A stretch of 64,000 bases of DNA, taken from positions 24,180,001 through 24,244,000 of the forward strand of contig NC_043016.1 in assembly GCF_006345805.1 (NCBI RefSeq). The letters run 5' to 3'. A program made the translations under genes and the position numbers. The notes under the pieces are model-generated. The model ran no database searches, was not told where the DNA came from, and worked only from the letters and a program-made list of their open reading frames with translations. This document shows, one piece after another, positions 54,791 through 64,000 of the stretch. The stretch comes from Octopus sinensis (Eukaryota). The stretch's first letter is position 1, and each line of letters begins with the position of its first letter.

Positions 54791-55885
54791 ATCTACGTGG
54801 GGTGAAACGCATAGCCGTATTTCATCTGCTGTTACATTCTGAGTTCAAATTCCGCCGAGGTCGACTTTGCCTTTCATCCTTTCAGGGTCGATAAATTAAG
54901 TACCAGTTATGCACTGGGGTTGATGTAATCGACTTATTCCATTTGTCTGTCCTTGTTTGTCCCCTTGTGGGTAATAAAGAAATATATTACCTACACCAAT
55001 CAAAAGAGTACATCACCTTGCCTACAGGGAATCTTACTGAGGTTCACCTCCACTTTAACTCTTGCACACTGCACATATCTACACACCTCAGCTATAGCAT
55101 TTCATCAACACACAGAGATATTCATACACTCACACACATATGCATATATTTTTATGCGTATGTATATGAGTGTGCATATATATTTATGTATACACACACA
55201 GGCACAAATACATCTACACACATAACCGAAATTATTTCCAAAAGGCTATTTATTGATATCAGAACATGGTAGAACAAAATGTTGTCTTTCTTTAAATTTT
55301 TTTATTGTTTTGTTTCCTTCTTTTATTGCTATCAAGAATTTAATGTTTGTTTACTTCCCTGACACAGTTTAAAGATCAGCCAAGAAGAATTTCTTTTGCC
55401 GCTCATATATCACAATTTACATTACAATACCACTCCAGTAATATTCCATTTAATTTCCTACTCAGCTAATTAATTCTATTTCCATGCAACATTCTTGTCT
55501 TTGAAATAACCAACCAACCATCTTAAATTCTAAGTCTCCCTTTTCCTTCCAAGAAAATGTACAAACATCTAAGGCACTCCTAAACAACTTTCAAGTCCTT
55601 AATCTCCAATAAAATATTCATTTGAGAATGTATCATGACATAAGCTTGATTGCTTTAATCTTAAAATTGTTTTTAGCATAGGCACACGACCTGAAATCTG
55701 AGGAGGGGAGCAGTCCATTATATTGACTCCAGTTTCTGACTGGTACATTATTTTATTGACCCCAGAAGAATGAAAAGAATAATGTTTACCTCAACAGTAT
55801 TGAACTCAGACCACAAAGTCAAATAACACAAGGATTTTACCAATGCTTTAATTATTCTGCTCATCCACCATTCAATACCCTAACT

Positions 55886-56421
55886 CAGTGGTTGGTACTG
55901 ACCATCAGGGGGCAATGGAAACATCCGGGAGGTGAGGGTAAAGAAAAGTCAGGCAATAATGGGGTGGAAAAAAGGGGGTAATTGGTGTAAAAACAAACAA
56001 ACTAATGGGTTAATTAGGTTAAGTTTTAATTGTGTTCAACGAAGGACTTTCCGCCAACTGTTTTACTTTCTCAGTGGTTTAAATTGAACTCAGTCTATGT
56101 AAATCCAGGAATAAATGGTCATCGCCAGCCTCATCAGATCTCCAGCTGTTGCTGTGGTAGTAGTAGTAGTAGTAGTAGTATTGTTTTTAGCATAGGCACA
56201 CGAGACCTGAAATCTGAGGAGGGGAGCAGTCCAGTATATTGACTCCAGCTTTTTGACTGGTACTTTATTTTATTGACCCCAGAAGAATGAAAAGAACACA
56301 TCGTGTAACACAGCTGTTTTGAATTTGCTGCAGGAAGTGGTCTATGCCTGTGGTGGTGAGTTAGGAGTGTAACCTTGGTGCCAAGAGGGTAGCAGCACAA
56401 AAATGAATTTGGGAACCACTG
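55886..56421. mobile_element. hAT (Charlie-like) non-autonomous element
   Basis: Ends CAGTGGTT / GGGAACCACTG; 8-bp flanks CCCTAACT / CTCTAACG (6 of 8 match). Confidence 0.55.
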
Positions 56422-56619
56422 CTCTAACGGTTTTTGCTCATCATCATATTTGATCTGTTTATACCACTGAAGTTTCCATTATTCACCATTTCCATTTGCA
56501 CCCTCTATGGGAATAAGAACAATATGCCTAAGCACACTAGCTTGCATAATCTGTCTATCTATCCATTTCTCTCTCTCTTGCATATGTATGTATACTCACA
56601 TATATATACAAACATATAA

Positions 56620-57042
56620 ATATATAAAGAATAAAGAGAAAGTAGAGAGGTAATTAATAAAATTATTTATAAATTATAAAATATGACATTTCTGACAGCT
56701 GTTTCAATTCAGAAATCTTTAGATAATTAATTTGTAAAATTAATATCATTATAAGATGAATCTCTTCAAAGGTAGTAAAGATATACTGATTAGAAAAACA
56801 TGTTGAGATAATGGCTATAAACTGTTAAACTAGTCAACAGTTTATAGCTGTTATCTCAACATCTTTTTCTAATCGATATATCTTTACTACTTCTGAAGAG
56901 ATTAATCATATAATGATTTTAATTTTATAAATTATCTAAAGATTTCTGACTCGAAACAGCTGTCAGAGATGTTGTTATATTTTATAATTAATAAATAATT
57001 TTATTAATTACCTCTCCATTTTCTCCTTATTCTTTAAATATA
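56620..57042. mobile_element. ~420-bp fold-back element with hammerhead motifs in both arms
   Basis: Arms centred on 56827-56835; + strand CTGAAGA (56893) ... GAAA CAGCTG TC (56953-56964). Confidence 0.75.
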
Positions 57043-57769
57043 TAAACTACGGTTTATATGGTTACCTTATAGTTGAACTTTCTATAGATTGGTAATTAAC
57101 CAGTATTATCATTGGATTTATTATCCCTTAATGAGTTTTATTACCCTTATATATATATATAATTAGCATGGAAAACGGACGCTAAACGACGATGACACAC
57201 ACAGACATCTTTTATCTTTTACTTGTTTCAGTCATTAGACTGTGGCCATGCTGGAGAAATGACTGAAAGAATTTTTAGTCAAATGTGTCAACCCCAGGAC
57301 TTATTTGCTCTACATAGGCATATTATACTTATTTTATCAGTCTCTTTTGCCAAACAGTTAAGTTACAGGGATGTAAGCACAACGGGACTGGTCACCAAGT
57401 GATGGTGGGCAGTGAAATACAGACACAAATACATAGATATATACATACATATATATGTATGGCACCTTGAGCAAGTGTCTTCTGCAATAGCCTCAGACTG
57501 ACCGAAACCTTGTGAGTGGATTTGTGCGTGTCTTTGTGTCTGTATTTGTCCCACCCCTTCACACCACCACTTGGTGTGTTCATATCCCCATAACTTAGCG
57601 GTTTGGCAAAAGAGACTGATACAATAGGTACCAGCCTTAAGAAATAAGTACTAGGGTCGATTCATTTGATTAAAAATTCAAGGCAGTGCCTCAGCATGGT
57701 CACAATCTATCTTCCACCAAGAAATTAAACCTGTTTCATATCTTCCTTTTTTTTCTACTCTAGGTACAA

Positions 57770-57970
57770 GGTCCGAAATTTTGGGGGAGGACGCCAGTAT
57801 TTTAGATCGACCCCAGTATGCAACTGGTACTTAATTTATCAACTATCAACCCTGAAAGGATGAAAGGCAAAGTTGACCTCGGCAGAATTTGAACCCAGAA
57901 CATAAAGACAGATGAAATACCACTAAGCATTTCATCTGACGTGCTAACATTCCTGCAGCTTGCTGCCTTT
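57770..57970 (-). mobile_element. tRNA-derived SINE (6642 family)
   Basis: Reverse complement match. Confidence 0.8.
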
Positions 57971-60444
57971 CAACCTATTTGATATCAACCCAAGACCACT
58001 TTTGATTCTACGATACAAACTTACTGTTTTAAAGTGGTTTAAATTAAAACCTTCCGTCAAAAATTTCATGCATATTTTCCAAACACTAGCTTAAAAACCA
58101 AGGCAGTGTTATTTCAACAGAAATATTGCAACAAGAGAAAAGGATAAAAAAGCAATGCCTTAACTTGAGATTCTGATAATTTTTTTATAGCATTTATATA
58201 TTGCATAAAGACCAAACATTTATTGTAAAATGTTTCCTATGACATTTTACTTTTCTATTAATAGAAGATAAACAGTTGCCCTCTGTGACAATTACAATAA
58301 ATAAAGACTTGAAGGGAAAACATGATGTTCCATCTTTGAATGTCCTTCATTACCATTTGAAGTGATCCACACAGTCATATTCCTAACGTCCACACTTGTA
58401 TGGATTGGACAGAATTTGTTGAGGAAGATTTTCTAGTTGGATGCCAACCCTCACTGGTTTCCGATTTAGATATCCATGGCCAGACATGTTTGCACAGAAG
58501 ATTGGAAACAAAGGAATGTGAAGAACTTCAATTATTTGGAAGACTAAAAGCCAGAAAGACTGAGAGAACAGGATAAAGAAGCTGCCTCAAAGATTGTGAA
58601 AAGTAGTGGAACAAAAAATGGGACATATGTAGTTCAATAATGGTATGTCCCAACCTAATACATATGTATATTGTTGACTTCATAAGAATTTATAAACTTT
58701 GAGAGAATGTGAAAAAAGTTTTTGGAAAAGTGAATCTTGAAGCAGACAAAACTATAACAACATGTAAATATTGTTAAAAATTCCTCTGGATAAAACCCAC
58801 ATCTCCTGTAAATATGGCGAGTGTTCTACCATTGTACCAAAGAAATCCTTTGAATTTCTCTATCAGTTTAAAAAAATCTATTCTTTCTTGTGAGAATTGT
58901 ATGTTGTTCACATGATGTCAAGAATTTACAAACTCCAAGAACTGAAATAATTCTTTTTTGTAACAGTGGATCTCAAAGCAGAAATGCCTGTCATATATAC
59001 AGGAAATGTGGGTGCGAGTTTGACAAGTAACCTTTAACTTTTCTATTCAGAGGATTTTTAACCCAATATCTAGCTTTGTCTGCTTCAAGAACAATCATTC
59101 CAAAGATGGAATGATAGACGCACTGATTTTGGAAATTCTAGAGAAAAGATTTTTTTATACTGCCCAAAGCCCCATCCCTCTGATCAGGTAAGGTCCAATT
59201 AGTACACCCTAAATGCCTAGTGGAGAAACCAGCTGAGTACACCAACCCAATGTTGAGCAAAATCACCAAAAACCACCTTCCAGGTGATTTACTCTCAGGT
59301 ATTATGGTAGTTACACAACATCATGCCATCCACCTACTAGCTACTGATACCTAACTATGGCTGTTGCTGACCACCCTGTTGATTTCAGAAAATCACAGCA
59401 ACTTCTCAACTAGCATAGCTGAAGATGCATACTAATTTTCAAGTTTTTTTCTTTTTCCTACTTAAGAAGTATTCCATGCCATTACATCATTCTTGTGAGT
59501 TATCTCAGAACAGAAACAAAAAGTTTCAGCATACAAACACCCAGTAACTGTTTGCCATTGACATATCAAAACATTGTAATAGAAATAAAATTAAAAAAGA
59601 TTTCATTTGAAAATATTTTAATTGCCTCAGGAATTCACATATTTGAAAACTACATTTTACCATTTAATTTCTTAGTTTTTGGTTGATTTTTTTTTATTTA
59701 GAAACTTATTTTATGTTTTATTTTCTTAATTTTAATATTAACAAGTCTGTCTTTAAATCCATGCAGTAAAAGAATACAGGTTTAGAAAAGTTGGAATAGA
59801 ATACAGGCAGGGTAGTGGTGAGGGATTGTAAAGCAAGAATATGAAGATAGGAAATATATTAAGTGATGAATCATGGATAAAACCTCCCCACATCACCCCC
59901 AGTGTATTACTGTTGGGGTTTTTTTTTGTTTCCTTTATTCATAATGTATTTGATTAATATGTGCTTCTCCACAAATATATTTGGAGGACGATAGCAATAA
60001 TAAAAAAAAAACCTGCAGAGACTCCCTATCATAAGCAACATCCTTCAATTTTATTGTTGTAGATTGTTGACCAATACTTAATTTTGTTCAAAATTAAATT
60101 TGTTGTTAAATATTCTTTCAAAAATAGGTAAAAGGAACAGAAGAAATGAATGTGATAACTTTAGTTGGAACTTTCTCAAACAAGTTTAAAGAATAGGAGA
60201 ACTCACAAAGTCAACCTCAGATTCTATTATAAATATTCAAAGTCACTCACAAATTTTGGCTTTCAAGGATTTTTTTAAAGTCTTTAATAACAGCATTACA
60301 AGCCAGCTAGGCAGATTAACAAAGAAAATACTGTTTGAGCTTTATGTGTTTGTGTGTAAGAGCATTTATGTGTATAATTGCTAAGAGGTAGATAATTTTG
60401 TAAAAATTACTAAAATGCAACAGTGCATATATTAAATGTAATAT

Positions 60445-61150
60445 CATCATCATTTAATGTCCGTTTTCCATGCTGGCATGGGTTGGATGATCTGACTGAG
60501 GACTGGTGAACCAGATGGCTGCACCAGGCTCCAATCTGATCTGGCAGAGTTTCTACAGCTGGATGCCCTTCCTAATGCCAACCACTCCGAGAGTGTAGTG
60601 GGTGCTTTACATGCCACCAGCATGAGGGCCAGTCAGGCAGTACTGGCAATGGCCATGCTCAAATGGTGGTTTTTATATGCCACCTGCACAGTGGCACTGG
60701 CAACGACCTTGCTCGAATATTTTTTCATGTGCCAGTAGGGTGATGGTGGTAACGATCACACTTGAATGGTGTTTTTTACATGCCACCGGAATGGAAGCCA
60801 GTCAGCTGCTCTGGCAACAATCATGCTCAGATGGCGCTCTTAGCACTCCACTAGCACAGATGCCAGTCATCGAATTTGATTTCGATTTCACTTGCCTCAA
60901 CAGGTCTTCGCAAGCAGAGTTTAGTGTCCAATGAAGGAAAGGTACGCATAAGTGGGCTGGTTACACCCCTGGCATAGGCCACAGGTTATGGTCTCACTTG
61001 GCTTGTTGGGTCTTCTCAAGCACAGCATATCTCCAAAGGTCCTGGTCACTAGTCATTGCTTCAGTAAGGCCCAATATTCGAAGGTCATGCTTCACCACCT
61101 CATCCCAGGTTTTCCTGGATCTACCTCTTCCACAGGTTCCCTCAACTGAC
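60445..61150 (-). mobile_element. 5'-truncated RTE LINE
   Basis: GTCGRGRSRKTWDEVVKHDLR C-terminus, 3'UTR units, (ATC)n on the + strand. Confidence 0.9.
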
Positions 61151-62627
61151 ATCTACAATCAATTACTGTATATTTATACATGGATTTATCACATCAAGTT
61201 GTGGTGAGAAAATATGATGCATTTATTTTTTATGACAAAAAGAAAAGGTGAAAGTTCAAAGAGAGTGTGTGAGAGAGAGAGAGAGGAATATTTTGAGAAA
61301 AATTCAATCATTCTGAACGCAATAAGAACTGTCAGTATAACAGATGTATAAATGTATTCTTCCACCCCAACCACCCTGAATTTTTATTTTGTATATTTGT
61401 TCATGAACTGTTGTGAGAATACAGCTAATGGTAGTTCCCGTATCAACTAAATTAATAGCTATGGAAACTACTTTACAACTTGTTGGAACAATGTATATTG
61501 CCAGCCCAAAGAGGTAATTAACAATAGCTGGATCATGCCCTCTCATCTTTGTTTTGATGTGATGGTGGTCAATGCATTGTGAAGAAAATCCTACATATTA
61601 GCCATCAAAGTGTTTTATCTTATATTCTATTGACCTATCATCAGGTCTCATTTAAATTTTCACCAGCAGAAACCAGAATGTCTTTTGCTCTCAAACAGCC
61701 AGAATACCAGCTATGAAAACAATATGACATTGTTAGTACAAGAAAAAAAGCTCAATGTTAAGTGAAAGTTAAAAGTTACTACACTTAAAAGCTACCACTT
61801 TCAACCAGATATACTGAGACTTATTAAAGAATTCTTTTGTGATTGTTGTGATGATAGACATTAACACCCCTGTGTGATTACAAGCTGGACTCCTTGAACT
61901 CTTATAAAGAGTAACTTCATCTTTTGAGATGACAGAGGGCATTTGGAGTCTCATGTAGCAGCAGTCAAAGTACATCATGTGAATACATTGCTTTAACCTC
62001 CTTTATTAAATCATATTGAAACAACAAGGCTATAAAAACATCCAATGCTAAAAGTTCATGACTGACATTCCTAAGGATTTTGTATTACAAATAATGCCAA
62101 AGAACTGCTGAGATATCTTAAAATCTAAACATTATACCCATCTATACACCAATTTGAGGTTAAGCAGAGGAACACACTACCAACAGGACTTGAATCAAGT
62201 AATTCAGTATTTGCCATACCGACATGCAACTGACTGAATATATACCACACTACTGAGGTTGTGCTTCCATTTTTGTTATGTTATCTAGAATGTGACAAGG
62301 AAATATTTTACTTAGACTAACATCACTCATCAGCCATCTAGCACCTACAAATTAAGTCATTTTTACAGATTAAGCCATTTCTACCAGTATCTAGTATAGC
62401 AAGCTGTTGATCAAAGTTGGGATCAAGAATTATCAATATGCATGTATAAATTCAGTTAAAAAATAAAAGGTTGAACATTTCTATGCTATATTTGTCGTGA
62501 GAGAAAAGGACACACTCAGGTTAGTGTAATTGTTCCTGTAGTTGACCAGCAAGTAGTGATAGATACAATTCAAGCAATGTAAATTTGTTTATTTTTTTTC
62601 AATGTCAAATTTATACAAGGCACAGGA

Positions 62628-62782
62628 ATGGCCGTATGGCAAGTAGCTTGCTTACCAACCACATGGCTCCGGGTTCAGTCCCACAGTGTGACACCTTGGG
62701 CAAGTGTCTACTATAGCCTCCAGCTGACCAAAGCCTTGTGAGTGGATTTGGTAGATGGAAACTGAAAGCCCACTGTATATAT
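62628..62782 (+). mobile_element. 5' half of tRNA-derived SINE, abutted by an RTE insertion
   Basis: Head matches the 50257 family and stops at the (TA) middle. Confidence 0.8.
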
Positions 62783-64000
62783 CATCATCATCGTTTAACG
62801 TCCGCTTTCTATGCTAGCATGAGTTGGACGGTTCAACTGGGGTCTGGGACAGCCGAAGGCTGCACCAGGCCAGTCAGATCTGGCAGTGTTTCTACAGCTG
62901 GATGCCCTTCCTAACGCCAACCACTCCGTGAGTGTAGTGGGTGCTTTTTATGTGCCACCGACACAGGTGCCAGACGAGGCTGGCGAACGGCCACGCTCGG
63001 ATGGTGTTTTTTATGTGCCACCGACACAGGTGCCAGACGAGGCTGGCGAATGGCCACACTCGGATGGTGTTTTTTATGTGCCACGGACACAGGTGCCAGA
63101 CGAGGCTGGCGAACGGCCACGCTCGGATGGTGTCTTTTAAGTGCCACCGGCACGGAGGCCAGGCGGGGCTGACACGGCCACGATCGGATGGTGTTTGTTA
63201 CGTGCCCACAGCACAGAGGCCAGTCGATGCGGTACTGGCTATGGCCACGTTCAGATGGGTTTTTTTTATGTGCCACCGGCACTGGTACCACAAAGATACA
63301 AATTCCATTGATGTTCATCGATTTTGATTTGGTTTGATTTTCACTTGCCTCAACAGGTCTTCATAAGTGTCCCAAGAAGGAAGGTATGCACAGGTGGACT
63401 GACTACGTCCCAGGTAGGGGCCATGGGTTATGGCCTCATGTGTCCTGCCGGGTCTTCTCGCGCACAGCATACTTCCAAAGGTCTCAGTCTCTGGTCATTT
63501 CCTTGGTGAGACCTAAAGCGCGAAGGTCGTTCTTCACCACCTCGTCCCAGGCTTTCCTGGGTCTACCTCTTCCACAGGTTCCCCTCACCTGCTAGGGCGT
63601 GGCACTTTTTCACACAACTATCTTCATCCATTCTTACTACGTGTCCATACCAGCGTAGACACCTCTCATGCACACCACATCTGATGCTTCTTAGGTCCAA
63701 CTTTTCTCTCAAGGCACTTACACTGTCGGGTATGAACACTGACATTACACATCCAACGGAGCATACTGGCTTCATTTCTTGCGAGCTTACGCATATCCTC
63801 AGCAGTCACGGCCCATGTTTCACTGCCATGTAGCATGGCTGTTCGCACACATGCATCATACAGTCTACCTTTTACTCTGAGTGAGAGGCCCTTTGTCATC
63901 AGCAGAGGTAAGAGCTCTCTGAACTTTGCCCAGGCTATTCTTACTCTAGCAGTTACACTTTCGGCCCACCCACCCCGCTACTGACTTGGTCACCTAGGTA
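62783..64000 (-). mobile_element. Relatively young RTE LINE, running off the window; frameshift near 63720
   Basis: LSLRVKGRLYDACVRTAMLHGSETWAVT...RWYGHVVRMDEDSCVKKC; 3'UTR and tail. Confidence 0.93.
62952..63290. repeat. 63-bp tandem array (~6 units) in the RTE 3'UTR
   Basis: Unit starts at 62952, 63015, 63078, 63141, ~63202, ~63270. Confidence 0.9.

Noticed and set aside
59051-59187. Plus-strand exon with good AG/GTAAGG sites
   Set aside because: Overlaps the arm of the 58721-59104 inverted repeat; peptide not recognisable
62886-63327. Long ORFs with 21-aa repeats on both strands
   Set aside because: Artefact of the 63-bp (multiple of 3) tandem array

Overview
AT-rich, repeat-saturated animal genomic DNA, either intergenic or deep intronic. 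The SINE/RTE families look like those of a coleoid cephalopod, probably Octopus (inference from repeat families). I could not identify any host protein-coding gene. Nearly all ORFs in the track are microsatellite or transposon artefacts. The window holds decayed Tc1/mariner elements (mariner, a DD37D maT, pogo/Tigger), MITEs (piggyBac-like TTAA, hAT-like 8-bp TSD, TA-TSD), RTE/CR1 LINE and Penelope remnants, many tRNA-derived SINEs, and a probable solo LTR. The most notable signal is a set of minimal hammerhead-ribozyme (HHR) motifs of the Penelope type, from several unrelated short elements. One is a 210-bp insert flanked by a 12-bp direct repeat whose core reads GUGAACA (a G3/C8 swap of the canonical C3/G8 pair). 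One is a canonical intact core. Others sit in fold-back elements on opposite strands. There are also fold-back elements with tRNA-like cores and a tail-to-tail SINE pair that could form long dsRNA. All structures were read by eye and none were folded or searched computationally.
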